The position numbers and the translations under genes are program-made. A stretch of DNA of 53,467 bases from Candidatus Dormiibacterota bacterium (lineage in GTDB: Bacteria; Chloroflexota; Dormibacteria; Aeolococcales; Aeolococcaceae), in NCBI GenBank assembly GCA_036786805.1, contig DAIQQM010000002.1, forward strand, positions 1 to 53,467. The letters run 5' to 3'. The notes beneath the pieces are model-generated. The model saw nothing but the letters and a program-made list of their open reading frames with translations. It was not told the DNA's origin and did not search any database. Positions 17,556 through 26,696 of this stretch are shown here, one piece after another (within the stretch, counting starts at the first letter, position 1; each line of letters begins with the position of its first letter).

Positions 17556-18599
17556 CTAGGGCGTGAGAACGACCTTCAACGCCTCACGCCGATCGAACAA
17601 CTCGTAGCCACGCACGGCGTCCTCGAGCTTCATGCGGTGGGAGATGATCGCGTCGGGGTGGGCCACCCCGCCGGCGATCATCGCGAGTGCATCGTCCCAA
17701 CGCCCCACGATGTTCGCGGTGCCGCAGAACTTGAGATCGATGGCTTTGACGAACGTGGTGTTCAGGGGCAGGACAAGCTCCTGGTCGCTGTGCACGCCGA
17801 TCACGCTGATCCGCCCTCCGGCACGGGCGATATCGATGCAGTCGAGGAGCGCGGGGACGACCCCGACACACTCCAGCACCGCATCGGCGCCGCGGCCACC
17901 GGTCTGATCCTGCACGAAGCTCGGGACGTGCACATCGTTGGCGTCCACCGGTATGGCGCCGAGACCCTGCGCGACCTCCAGGCGCTCCGAGACGGTGTCG
18001 ACCGCGAAGATCGTCGAGGGCTCGAAGCCGCGTGACGCCATGATGGCCATGAGGCCGACCGGCCCGCACCCGACGACCGTGACCACGTCCCCCTTCTCGA
18101 TTCGCGCCTCGCTCGCGCAGTCATAGCCGGTGGTGAAGATGTCGCCGGCGAAGAGCGCCTGCTCGTCGGTCATCGAGTCCGCGATGGCGTGGAGGACGAG
18201 ATCGGCGTTCGGCACACGCACATATTCCGCCTGGGCTCCCTCGACCTCGCCGAAGAACGAGCCGTAGCCGAAGATTCGCTGATCGGGGCACCTGCTGAAG
18301 AAGCGACGTTCGCAGTACCAGCAGTCGCCACAGGGGATCATGAAGGAGCCGACCACGCGATCCCCCTCGGCGAAGTGGCGCACGCCGCCGTCCACCGCCT
18401 CGACGACACCGACGAACTCGTGTCCCAGGATGCCGCCCGGGTTCATGCCCGGGATGCGACCGTGCACGACATGCAGGTCACTCCCGCAGATTCCCGCGGC
18501 GGTGACACGCACCAGCGCGTCCCCGGGCCCCTCGATGCCCGGTTTCGGAACGTCGACGACCTCGACCGCGTCGAAGTCTTTGAAGATCAGTGCCCGCAT
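17556..18599 (-). CDS. Zinc-dependent alcohol dehydrogenase (MDR family)
   Basis: Motifs: GICGSDLH, GHEFVG, structural-Zn cysteines CGDCWYCERRFFSRC, and Rossmann VVGCGPVG. Confidence 0.85.
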   Translation of the reverse strand: MRALIFKDFDAVEVVDVPKPGIEGPGDALVRVTAAGICGSDLHVVHGRIPGMNPGGILGHEFVGVVEAVDGGVRHFAEGDRVVGSFMIPCGDCWYCERRFFSRCPDQRIFGYGSFFGEVEGAQAEYVRVPNADLVLHAIADSMTDEQALFAGDIFTTGYDCASEARIEKGDVVTVVGCGPVGLMAIMASRGFEPSTIFAVDTVSERLEVAQGLGAIPVDANDVHVPSFVQDQTGGRGADAVLECVGVVPALLDCIDIARAGGRISVIGVHSDQELVLPLNTTFVKAIDLKFCGTANIVGRWDDALAMIAGGVAHPDAIISHRMKLEDAVRGYELFDRREALKVVLTP

Positions 18600-18624
18600 G
18601 GTCAGCCTCCCCTCGGAGTGGTGG

Positions 18625-18918
18625 TCAGCGCGCCTCTTCCTCGGCCGCGCGGCGCTGGATGACGCGATCGCGCAGCTCGTCCTCGAGGTCGCCTGAATGT
18701 TCTGTATCGCGACGTAGCCAGAATGGGATCCTCTCGGGCTCGCCTGCGGCGAGCGCCTTCGCCTGCGCGTCGAGGTATGCGCGAAGCGCGGCGTCGACGG
18801 CGGACGAGAGCTCGGCGCCTCCGGCGGTCAGCGGGTGGACGAGATCGCTCGAGACGACCACGCTGTTCGGCGGCGCAGCCGGTGGCTTCGACCCGAAAAG
18901 ACGCCCGAGCCACGACAT
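18625..18918 (-). CDS. Hypothetical 97-aa protein (only the 3' part of the 399-aa track ORF)
   Basis: ATG is at 18916-18918 (MSWLGRLFGSK...). It ends 25 nt before the ADH start. The upstream part of the long ORF is antisense to the HhH-GPD gene and reads as GC-artefact sequence. Confidence 0.4.
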   Translation of the reverse strand: MSWLGRLFGSKPPAAPPNSVVVSSDLVHPLTAGGAELSSAVDAALRAYLDAQAKALAAGEPERIPFWLRRDTEHSGDLEDELRDRVIQRRAAEEEAR

Positions 18919-18984
18919 GAACCGAGTGTACGCAGTCCCGAGCATGTGCCTCAGTCCCGGGGCGCGGAGCGGTACCGTACACGC

Positions 18985-19635
18985 GTGGCAAAGCCCGCAG
19001 CGCCGCCCCTGCAGCTGCAGTGGACCGGCGACCCCGAAGCGGATCGACTCGTCAGCGAGAATCCCACAGCGCTGCTGATCGGTTTCTGCCTCGATCAACA
19101 GGTCCCCATCGAGTGGGCGTTCCAGGGCCCGCTGCGCATGCGCGAACGGCTCGGCACCATCGATCCGGTTGCGGTGGCGGGCATGGATCCGGCCACCGTG
19201 GAGAAGGCCTTCCAGACGCCGCCGGCCCTGCACCGCTTCCCGGTCAGCATGGCGCAGCGCGTCCACGGGCTCTGCCGGGTCATCGCCGACGAATACGGTG
19301 GCGACACCACCCGGATCTGGACGGAGGCCGGGGACGCCAGGGAGTTGCAGCGGCGATTCGCCGCGCTCCCGGGGTTCGGGGCCGCCAAGGCCCGGATCAT
19401 GGTCGGTGTCGTGGCCAAGCACCTCGGGGTTCGGCCGGACGGATGGGAGAGCGTCGCCCCGGACTGGCCGACTCTCGCGGACGTCCGTACGGTCGCGGAG
19501 CGCGAGGAATACCAGGCGCAGAAGCGTGCCTTCAAAGCGGCGATGCGTGCCGAGGCGGCCGCGAAGGGCGACACGGGCAAGCCGGCTGCCGCGCGGAAGC
19601 GGACCGCCAAGACGGTGTCGCATGGCCGGCGCTGA
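18985..19635 (+). CDS. HhH-GPD-type base-excision DNA repair family protein
   Basis: GTG is at 18985. The sequence TGDPEADRLVSENPTALLIGFCLDQQV...LPGFGAAKARIMVGVVAKHLG is helix-hairpin-helix-like. The tail is Lys/Ala-rich. Confidence 0.6.
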   Translation: MAKPAAPPLQLQWTGDPEADRLVSENPTALLIGFCLDQQVPIEWAFQGPLRMRERLGTIDPVAVAGMDPATVEKAFQTPPALHRFPVSMAQRVHGLCRVIADEYGGDTTRIWTEAGDARELQRRFAALPGFGAAKARIMVGVVAKHLGVRPDGWESVAPDWPTLADVRTVAEREEYQAQKRAFKAAMRAEAAAKGDTGKPAAARKRTAKTVSHGRR

Positions 19636-20278
19636 GGTCGCGGTCTTCGAGGACGGCGGGGTCCGTGTCGTCAAGATCGGCCCGATGGGGCCGTACGGGA
19701 ACAACGCGTACGTGGTGCGCGACGTCGCGGCGGGAGCGGCGCTGCTCGTCGACATGCCCGCCGACGAGCAACCGCTCCTCGCGGCGATTGCGGCGGAGGG
19801 CGGCGTCCAGACGATCATCGCCACCCACTGGCACCCCGATCACTGGATGTCGTACGACGCGGTCCGCGCCGCCACCGGTGCGCCGGTGCTGGTCGGGAGC
19901 AGCGAGATCAAAATTCCCGAGGAGCGAATCGACGGCCGCCTCGACGACGGTGCGGAGGTCGCCGTCGGCAGCGCGCGGATCGGTGTGATCCATACGCCGG
20001 GTCACACTCCGGGCAGCATCTCGCTGCGCATCGGCCGCGCCGTGATCACCGGCGACACCCTCTTCAACGGCGGGCCCGGCAAAACCTTTGCGAGCGGTGA
20101 CCTGGAAACGATCATGCAGAGCATCACCGCAAAGTTGCTGCCATTGCCGGACGAAACGCTCGTGCTGCCCGGGCACGGCACGACCACCACGATCGCCGGA
20201 AGTCGCAGGGGTGTTGCCGCCTACCAGCGCCATCCCAGGCCCGCGGGCTACTACGGCGACGTCGAGTGGGGTGACTGA
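19622..20278 (+). CDS. MBL-fold metallo-hydrolase (glyoxalase II-like)
   Basis: ATG at 19622 overlaps the upstream gene end. It has the H-x-H-x-D-H motif THWHPDH and HTPGHTPGS. Confidence 0.8.
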   Translation: MAGAEVAVFEDGGVRVVKIGPMGPYGNNAYVVRDVAAGAALLVDMPADEQPLLAAIAAEGGVQTIIATHWHPDHWMSYDAVRAATGAPVLVGSSEIKIPEERIDGRLDDGAEVAVGSARIGVIHTPGHTPGSISLRIGRAVITGDTLFNGGPGKTFASGDLETIMQSITAKLLPLPDETLVLPGHGTTTTIAGSRRGVAAYQRHPRPAGYYGDVEWGD

Positions 20279-20354
20279 AGCGGCATCATCGGGCGGAGCA
20301 AGCAGTCCTCACGACTCGGATGGTCTGCATCTCGCCACAGCGCGGGGCCGCTGG

Positions 20355-21794
20355 GTGCTTGCGGCCACCGTGCTCGGCAGTGCGATGGCGCAGCTCGACG
20401 CCACGGTCGTCGGCATCGCGCAGCCCGCGATCGGCAAGGAGTTTCATGCGCAGATCGCCGGTCTGCAATGGGTGTCGGCCGGATACCTGCTGACCGTCGC
20501 CGGGCTGATCCTGCTCTCGGGCGCGCTCTGCGACCGATTCGGGCGCCGGCGCATCTTCGTCATCGGCGTGACGTGGTTCGCCGTTGCTTCGCTGATCTGC
20601 GCGATCGCGCCCAACATCGAGCTGCTCATCGCCGCACGCGGACTGCAGGGCGTCGGCGGTGCACTGCTCACGCCGGGGAGCCTCGCCATCCTCGAGGCGT
20701 CGTTCGCTCCGATGCAGCGCGGCCGTGTCATCGGCGCCTGGTCGGGCCTGGGCGGTGTCGCAACGGCGCTGGGACCCTTTGTCGGTGGGTTTCTCATCAC
20801 CGCGCTCTCGTGGCGCCTGATCTTCCTCATCAACGCGCCGATCGCGGCGGCGGTCGTGTTCATCTCGACGCGCCACGTTCCCGAGTCGCGCGATCCGAAC
20901 GCGACCGGCTACATCGACATCACCGGGAGCGCGCTCACCGTCGTCGCGCTGGTGGGCATCTCGTATGGGCTCATCCAGGGATCCGGCGGCGGCTGGACCT
21001 CACCGGTCGTCGTCGGCGCGCTCCTGGTCGGCATCGTTGCGCTGCTCGCCTTCGTCATGGTGGAACTGCGGGTCCGCGCACCGATCGTCCCGCTCGACAT
21101 CTTCAAATCCCAGCAGTTCAGCGCCACCAATGCGGTGACGCTCCTGATCTACGGGATGCTCGGCGGCATGTTCTTCCTGCTCCCCATCGAGCTCCAGCAG
21201 GTCTCGCACTACAGCCCCACCCTCGCAGGCGCATCACTGCTGCCCGTCACGTTCCTGCTCTTCGCACTCTCGTCGCGTTCGGGCGCACTCTCGGCGCGGA
21301 TCGGCCCGCGCTTGCAGATGACCGTCGGCCCGCTCATCGTCGCCGCGGGTCTGGCGCTCTTCGCGCGCGTCGACGCCGGGGGCAACTACCTCATCGAGGT
21401 GCTGCCCGCCGTGCTCATCTTCGGTCTTGGGCTCGCGATCACGGTGGCGCCGCTCACGGCCACGGCGATGTCATCGGCACCGCGCGAACGCAGCGGCCTT
21501 GCGTCTGCCGTCAACAACACGGTCGCGCGCACGGGAAGCCTCCTCGCCGTCGCGCTCCTGCCTTCGGTGGCCGGCATCACCGGCGACAGCTACCTGCATC
21601 CGCCGGTGTTCGAAACCGGCTTCCAGCGTGCGGCGATCATCGCCGCGATCGTGTGCGCGGCCGGCGGCGTTCTCGCCGCGGCGACCATCCGGAATCCGCG
21701 CCGGCCACATGAGCCGCGGCGAGCGGATCTTGCGGAGTCAGCTTCGGGGCGCGATGCGCCCCCACTTCGGTCGGGCGCCCGACGTCGCAGTTGA
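20355..21794 (+). CDS. MFS transporter, DHA2 (EmrB/QacA, 14-TM) type
   Basis: It has MFS motif A LSGALCDRFGRRRIF and many TM segments. The N-terminal part of the 568-aa track ORF overlaps the MBL gene. Start is uncertain: GTG 20355 or CTG 20325. Confidence 0.8.
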   Translation: MLAATVLGSAMAQLDATVVGIAQPAIGKEFHAQIAGLQWVSAGYLLTVAGLILLSGALCDRFGRRRIFVIGVTWFAVASLICAIAPNIELLIAARGLQGVGGALLTPGSLAILEASFAPMQRGRVIGAWSGLGGVATALGPFVGGFLITALSWRLIFLINAPIAAAVVFISTRHVPESRDPNATGYIDITGSALTVVALVGISYGLIQGSGGGWTSPVVVGALLVGIVALLAFVMVELRVRAPIVPLDIFKSQQFSATNAVTLLIYGMLGGMFFLLPIELQQVSHYSPTLAGASLLPVTFLLFALSSRSGALSARIGPRLQMTVGPLIVAAGLALFARVDAGGNYLIEVLPAVLIFGLGLAITVAPLTATAMSSAPRERSGLASAVNNTVARTGSLLAVALLPSVAGITGDSYLHPPVFETGFQRAAIIAAIVCAAGGVLAAATIRNPRRPHEPRRADLAESASGRDAPPLRSGARRRS

Positions 21795-21813
21795 CCGGAT
21801 TGCCGCAACGCGG

Positions 21814-22458
21814 TCAGGTCAGGAGCAGGCGAACAAGGCTCGCCGAGAGCCATCCGGCATAGCGCTCGGCGGACCAGCCGCGGACGTCACGAAGCATTCG
21901 GTTGACCTCCGGGCTTGTGAGCGTCCAGACAATCGTGGTGGCCTCGTCGACATCCATGCCGTCGCGCAGCGCTCCCTGCGTCGCGACCCAGCCGGTGAAG
22001 ACTCGCAGCTTGTTGAAGCGGTTCTCCTGCATCCGGGATCGAAGGTCGGAGATCTCCTGGTCGGCTGCCGAGGCACTCCGGATGATGTCGTCGATCGGAC
22101 GGACGCGTTCGATGCGGGGAACGATGTCGGCAGAGAAGCTTGCGATCATCTGCCGCTGATTCGACAGCGCGCTGAGAGCGCGCGGGGCTTCACCCGCCAG
22201 GACATCGGATCCCTCGGGCGCGCCGGTCACCCGCAGGTCGATGAGTGCGGAGAGAAGGCTCTTCTTGTTCCCAAAGGTGGCGTACACGGTGTCGACCGCG
22301 ACGCCCGAGCGCGCAGCCACGGCATCGATCGTGGTCGCGACATACCCGCTGTGCGCAAAGAGGTCAGCTGCTGACTCGAGTATCCGCAAACGAGTCTGGG
22401 ACGCCTGCTCGGCACGGAGCCGGGACCGATATGGGCGGCGGCTCTTGACAGATGCCAC
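21814..22458 (-). CDS. TetR/AcrR family transcriptional regulator
   Basis: N-terminal HTH: RLRILESAADLFAHSGYVATTIDAVAARSGVAVDTVYATFGNKKSL. Confidence 0.85.
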   Translation of the reverse strand: MASVKSRRPYRSRLRAEQASQTRLRILESAADLFAHSGYVATTIDAVAARSGVAVDTVYATFGNKKSLLSALIDLRVTGAPEGSDVLAGEAPRALSALSNQRQMIASFSADIVPRIERVRPIDDIIRSASAADQEISDLRSRMQENRFNKLRVFTGWVATQGALRDGMDVDEATTIVWTLTSPEVNRMLRDVRGWSAERYAGWLSASLVRLLLT

Positions 22459-22526
22459 ACGTCTAGCCTAGCATCGGCGTATTCATCCTAGTTTGGCTAG
22501 GATATAAACGGCCGGGAGGTACATCG

Positions 22527-22835
22527 ATGTATGCGTTCACGCAGGACTTGCCGATCACGACCGACGTCTACGCGAAGATCATGGAGGGAGTCGGATCGGA
22601 GCCGCCTGCCGGGTGCCTCGTGCACGCCGTGGTCCGTGTCGAAGGCGGATTGCGCTACATCGACGTCTGGGAGTCGCGGGAGGCATGCGATCGATTCCTC
22701 GATGAGCGCGTGCACCCGGCGCTGCAGCACGCATTCAACGCCGCGGGAGCGACGCTGCCACCCGAGCCGGCGCGCCTCGAGATGGATCTCGTCGATGTGA
22801 CCGTCTTCCCAACGCCATCGGTCGAGAACCGCTGA
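22527..22835 (+). CDS. Small hypothetical protein (102 aa), divergent from TetR
   Basis: ATG at 22527 has GGGAGG 7 nt upstream. The AT-rich divergent intergenic region contains CTAGCC...GGCTAG inverted repeats. No family was recognised. Confidence 0.55.
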   Translation: MYAFTQDLPITTDVYAKIMEGVGSEPPAGCLVHAVVRVEGGLRYIDVWESREACDRFLDERVHPALQHAFNAAGATLPPEPARLEMDLVDVTVFPTPSVENR

Positions 22836-22860
22836 TCACCCGAAGCTCCACGCCGGGCAC

Positions 22861-22921
22861 TCAAGATCAAATCAGCCGTACCCGCACGGGGAGTCGAACC
22901 CCGGTTACCACCTTGAAAGGG
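22861..22921. repeat. att repeat (distal): duplicated 3' part of tRNA-Glu plus 18 bp of flank
   Basis: tcaagatcaaatcagccgtacccgcacggggagtcgaaccccggttaccaccttgaaaggg matches 31881-31941 except at 2 positions. It covers the tRNA from the anticodon loop to the 3' end (22879-22921), so it is a tRNA remnant, not a functional gene. Confidence 0.85.
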
Positions 22922-23040
22922 AGCCTCGGGCCACTTTACGGTGGGTTGCGGGGGTGTCGCTGAGGGCCGTTTTGTATTCAGAATCGGCTGTGTTGGTGTC
23001 GGCGTGGGTCGGTCGATGTTGCCCGATGGTGCCGAGACGG

Positions 23041-23059
23041 GCAACAAAATGGCAACAAA
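23041..23059 (+). repeat. Tandem GCAACAAA(A/T) motifs, 11-bp phasing (candidate integrase/Xis arm-type sites)
   Basis: GCAACAAA occurs at 23041-23048 and 23052-23059, about 120 bp inside the element from the att repeat. The same doublet recurs at 31820-31839. Confidence 0.4.
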
Positions 23060-23250
23060 TCCGGGGTCAAGAAATTCCTACCGGGCGCGCCCTTTTCGAG
23101 CCTTGGTTGTGATCGGCGTAGCCGCTTGTCGAAGAGCGCGAGGTTCGCGTGTGAATAGCGCGGGGTCCATCTCGGCGATGTCGGCAACTTTCTCGTCAAG
23201 CCGCGCCTGATCCTTCTGGTTGCCAGGGTGGCGTGGCGGCTTTTCCATGA

Positions 23251-23619
23251 CTATCGCACGGCGGCGAACTCGCGCTCGACCTCACCGTCGCCGGTACGCT
23301 CGAAACAGACGAACAACTCCTCATCCAGTACCGCGGCGATCTTCCGCAGAGTCAGCAACTTGGGCATGAACGTTCCCCGTTCCATCCGAGAGATGTTGGT
23401 GTGCGACGTCTCCACCGCCTTGGCGACCTGCTCCTGGGTGAGTCCGAGTTCAAACCGCCGCTCCCGGAGATGGGCTGCAATCGGGTTGGCCTTGCGAAGC
23501 TCCCGGATACGCGCATATTCGTCTCGGGCAGCTCGGTACTCCGGACTCCGCTCGGACCGGGTCTGGGCGGCTTCGGCCGCGGTGCGGCCCACGGGGCTGG
23601 GTGCTGGATTCTTGGCCAT
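23251..23619 (-). CDS. XRE-family HTH protein, HigA-like antitoxin
   Basis: HTH: LRERRFELGLTQEQVAKAVETSHTNISRMERGTFMPKLLTLRKIAAVL. It lies immediately downstream of the Gp49/HigB-like toxin gene. Confidence 0.8.
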   Translation of the reverse strand: MAKNPAPSPVGRTAAEAAQTRSERSPEYRAARDEYARIRELRKANPIAAHLRERRFELGLTQEQVAKAVETSHTNISRMERGTFMPKLLTLRKIAAVLDEELFVCFERTGDGEVEREFAAVR

Positions 23620-23650
23620 GCGCCCAACTTATCACGAATGATAAGTACGG

Positions 23651-24091
23651 TCAAGGGCGCCTGCGGGCCTTCGGCGGCGCATCATGGCCGGCTGCCCGCG
23701 GAGGAACACGGGGCTTGGCGTCCATCCTGGTCTGAAAGTCAGCGAACCGCTCCTGCGCCTTCGCCTTGTCAGAGGTGGATACAGCGCCAGTGTTCTTCTC
23801 GAACGCATGGAGCAGGACGACAAGGTTGGCCGATCGCTGATACAGAACCCGATACCGGGTCTTGGCGAAACGCACGCGCAATTCCCGTAGCTCTCCCTCG
23901 ATCTGGGAGGTGATCGGAAACTCCGGCTCCGGGGCCGAGGGGCTTCGCCCGTTGAGGTGCTCCTCGACGTAGTCGTCGATCTTGGCGCTCGCCGCGGGGG
24001 ACGTGACCAGGAGTTGTTCAAGGAAGTCGTTGACGGGTTCGCCGCCGCGCTTGTCTCGGTAGTAGATGGCCTGTGTGTGCCCCTTCCACAC
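23651..24091 (-). CDS. RelE/ParE-superfamily toxin, phage Gp49/HigB-like
   Basis: GTG is at 24089-24091. The Gp49-family pattern is present: IYYRDKRGGEPVNDFLEQL...AKIDDYVE...GELRELRVRFAKTRYRVLYQRSANLVVLLHAFEKNT. The toxin-first gene order is typical of HigBA. Confidence 0.75.
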   Translation of the reverse strand: MWKGHTQAIYYRDKRGGEPVNDFLEQLLVTSPAASAKIDDYVEEHLNGRSPSAPEPEFPITSQIEGELRELRVRFAKTRYRVLYQRSANLVVLLHAFEKNTGAVSTSDKAKAQERFADFQTRMDAKPRVPPRAAGHDAPPKARRRP

Positions 24092-24440
24092 CGGTGAGGC
24101 CGTGGCTGGTGGGTTCTTCTTTGGTGGCACCGCGGCCAGTCTAAGGAGGGGTCGGAGAGCTTCGGTCGTCAATCCAGCGGCGCAGCGCATCCCGCGGCAC
24201 ACACCCATCCGGGCGACGTAGCCGGGCGTTTCAACCCGACTCCCTCAAGCAGATCCGCGAGAAGGACCTCCAGATGTGCCCGTTCGCGCCGACTCTCCGA
24301 GACGGCCACGGCACCATCCGCAAACCGGCGGGCTGGCGAAGCCGTTAAAGCGAAGACCCGCCGAAGCGGGTCTTGCACCCACCCGCCGAAGCGAGTGGGG
24401 GGATGTGGAGATCTTACACCCCGGATCCGCGACGTCCCGA

Positions 24441-24644
24441 TCAGCGCTGCGTCGCGACGACGTCGTCCGCGTCGGGAGGTTTCGTCAGGCACTTTGTATC
24501 GATCCAACGCTGTAAGGCATCGCGCGGCACCCGCAGGACGCGGCCGATCCGGATGATCGGGATCTCGCCGGAGCGCAGCAACTCATAGGTTCGGGTGCGG
24601 CCAAGCTGGAGCTCAGCTTCCACATCGCGCACGGTCAGCAGCAT
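24441..24644 (-). CDS. Excisionase / MerR-like HTH DNA-binding protein
   Basis: ATG is at 24644 (MLLTVRDVEAELQLGRTRTYELLRSGEIPIIRIGRVLRVPRDALQRWI), the classic short excisionase HTH. The 130-aa track ORF is over-extended. Confidence 0.7.
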   Translation of the reverse strand: MLLTVRDVEAELQLGRTRTYELLRSGEIPIIRIGRVLRVPRDALQRWIDTKCLTKPPDADDVVATQR

Positions 24645-25089
24645 CGTTCCGCGGCGGGAGGGGGGCTCGCCGTCGTCCACCGGCTGCGCGACCGGTTGGG
24701 GAAGAGAAGCAGGTGCCACTCCCACCGAGCACTCGGGTGCCTCGCTTCGATCGGCATGGCTTCGGCGCGCCGCCTGCGGCAGGCGCATATCAGGGTGGCC
24801 CCATGGCTGCTGCGCCAAGTCTTGCGACTGCATCAGAAGAGCCTCGGGGTGCCCGCACGCAGCGACACGTCGATGGTGAGCATGCCCTGAAGCATGCCAG
24901 GAATTTGCTCACACAACGCCTACAGTTTCGCCGCGCAACACTGCCGCCGGAGAGCACCCGTACAACGCATCCCGGGCCGGGTAGCGGGTCAGTTTCGTCG
25001 CCGCGGTCAGGCGCAGAGGTTCGCACGGCCTTCCCTTCTGCGATTTCCGAAAGTGCTTTCCCACCAATGGAGAATCATTTGATTGTGTC

Positions 25090-25105
25090 TAGCATCTATA
25101 TGCTA
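25090..25105. promoter_or_regulatory. Palindrome TAGCAT-N4-ATGCTA (candidate MarR operator)
   Basis: Perfect 6-bp arms sit in an AT-rich patch 11 nt upstream of the marR ATG (25116). Confidence 0.3.
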
Positions 25106-25115
25106 TGGTCCTCGC

Positions 25116-25589
25116 ATGCCCCCATCCAAACGAGACGTGGAAACCATGGTCACCGCCCTCTTCTCGCTTACCGCCGGGCTAGATCGTGCCAGGCGTCAAC
25201 GCAAGGGCGCGAGTGCTCTCAGCTTGCTGCAGGTCGTCGCTGCTCAGCCGGGAATTCGGCCATCGCAGATCGCCGATCAACAGCAGATTCACCCATCGCT
25301 GGTCACCCGGCAGCTTCAAGAGTTAGAAGACGCCGGCTTTGTGGTCATTGCGCAGAGTTCGGGGGACCGACGCTCGTTCTTGGTGACGCTGAGCCCGGCA
25401 GGTGGCGAGGAGCAGCGTCGTCTGACTGCGGTGGGCCTGGACCGGTTCGCTCGTTTCGTTGCTGATTGGGAGCCGTCCGAGGTGCAGACGCTGGGTCAGT
25501 TGCTCGAGAAGCTCAAAACGTCGATGGCTCGCACCTCAGTACGTGAGCGACCGGCAAATGCTCGTCGCGCGCGGCGGCCGATCGCGTGA
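25116..25589 (+). CDS. MarR family transcriptional regulator
   Basis: Winged HTH: LSLLQVVAAQPGIRPSQIADQQQIHPSLVTRQLQELEDAGFVVIAQSSGDRRSFLVTLSPAG. Confidence 0.8.
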   Translation: MPPSKRDVETMVTALFSLTAGLDRARRQRKGASALSLLQVVAAQPGIRPSQIADQQQIHPSLVTRQLQELEDAGFVVIAQSSGDRRSFLVTLSPAGGEEQRRLTAVGLDRFARFVADWEPSEVQTLGQLLEKLKTSMARTSVRERPANARRARRPIA

Positions 25590-25698
25590 CGTCGCGTTGT
25601 CTAGCGGCCCGTCTGCAGCACGGTGACGGGAGGACCACCCGCACCCCTGTCGCCCGCAGCTTCGCACCGACGACGATCGAGCACGGGGAGTTTTGGTC

Positions 25699-26448
25699 AT
25701 GACCGACGTCCACCAACTCCCCAATCGCACCGGTGGCCCCGCTCCAGAGAGCAGCCGTCACATGTTCGAATGGGGTGTCGTCGGCGTGGTCGCGCAAGTC
25801 GTCTTCACGGCTGGGTGGGTTATCGCCGAGACCTGGCAAGGGCCGAGGTACGGTCTCATCCAAGACACCATCAGTGACATGCAGGCGCGCACTGCCCCGC
25901 ACGTCTGGTTTCCGATCGTCTGTTTCGCGGTGGGCGGGCTTGGCACCTTCGGCTTCGCGGTGTTCGGGTTGCGACCGGTACTCTCCGGTGCGGGGAAGTT
26001 TGTCGCCCTCTCCCCGTGGCTGATCGGCATCTCCGCGCTCGCTTTGGGCAATTCCTTCCCGCTGATTCCGTGCCGATTGTCTGACCCCGGATGCACAGCT
26101 ACTGTGCAGCTCTTCAGCCCCGGTGGGCTTACCGATGCGGTCGTCGCTGGCCTCGCCTTGTTTGTCCTGGCATTTACCCCCGGCCCCCTCGGCCGCCGGC
26201 TTGGAACGCTGCCCTCATGGCGACGGGTCAGGCCGGTGATGATGGCCGCGCGCGTCGTGTGCCCCGTGTCCTACCTGCTGCTCGCCGTCGCTTCGAGTAT
26301 CGCTTCGATGCCGGCGGTGGGACTCATCGAGCGCCTCTTGGCAGCGAGCTGTTCGCTCTGGATAGGCGCCCTCGCCGCTAACCTGATCATCGAGTCACGC
26401 AGGCACGTTTCAGGGGAGCTTCCAGTCAGCGTGGTCTCGAAGTTTTGA
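25699..26448 (+). CDS. DUF998-family membrane protein
   Basis: ATG at 25699 has GGGGAG 8 nt upstream. It has about 6 TM segments, and the conserved-looking TISDMQA segment follows the first TM as in DUF998. The family call is from memory. Confidence 0.6.
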   Translation: MTDVHQLPNRTGGPAPESSRHMFEWGVVGVVAQVVFTAGWVIAETWQGPRYGLIQDTISDMQARTAPHVWFPIVCFAVGGLGTFGFAVFGLRPVLSGAGKFVALSPWLIGISALALGNSFPLIPCRLSDPGCTATVQLFSPGGLTDAVVAGLALFVLAFTPGPLGRRLGTLPSWRRVRPVMMAARVVCPVSYLLLAVASSIASMPAVGLIERLLAASCSLWIGALAANLIIESRRHVSGELPVSVVSKF

Positions 26449-26696
26449 TCCCGCTCGGTCTCGGAGGGTTGACTTCGCACGCTGGGTCCGCCAACCCGGT
26501 CGGCCGGACCTGCAGAGGATCTTCCGGGAGGCGATGGAGAATCTGAGGGACGTGCTCGCTTACCGCCCCCGTGTGACCACTGCCTTGCGCAGGGCTGGCC
26601 TCGCAAGTGGCCAAGTAGCGAAAAATCGCCAGATAGTGGCCACCTACTGTCGTGCGTCTGAATCTTGTTGAGGGGTGGCGTCGACGCTCGCTGCTC

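Noticed and set aside
18919-19824. Upstream 300 codons of the 399-aa minus-strand ORF 18625..19824
   Set aside because: It overlaps the plus-strand HhH-GPD and MBL genes, which have real motifs. Only the last 97 codons (18625-18918), which lie outside those genes, were kept, and even those at low confidence.
23078-23248. 56-codon ORF (MEKPPRHPGNQKDQARLDEKVADIAEMDPALF...) 2 nt downstream of the HigA-like gene
   Set aside because: It has no RBS and no recognisable family, is short, and overlaps the region holding the candidate arm-type sites. It is not reported as a feature but is mentioned under the TA finding.
24092-25089. ORFs in the element's two gene-poor stretches (for example 24169..24507(-) 112 aa and 24713..25465(+) 250 aa)
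   Set aside because: They overlap the excisionase or MarR genes out of frame and have filler-like composition. These stretches are more likely promoter/regulatory DNA of the element.
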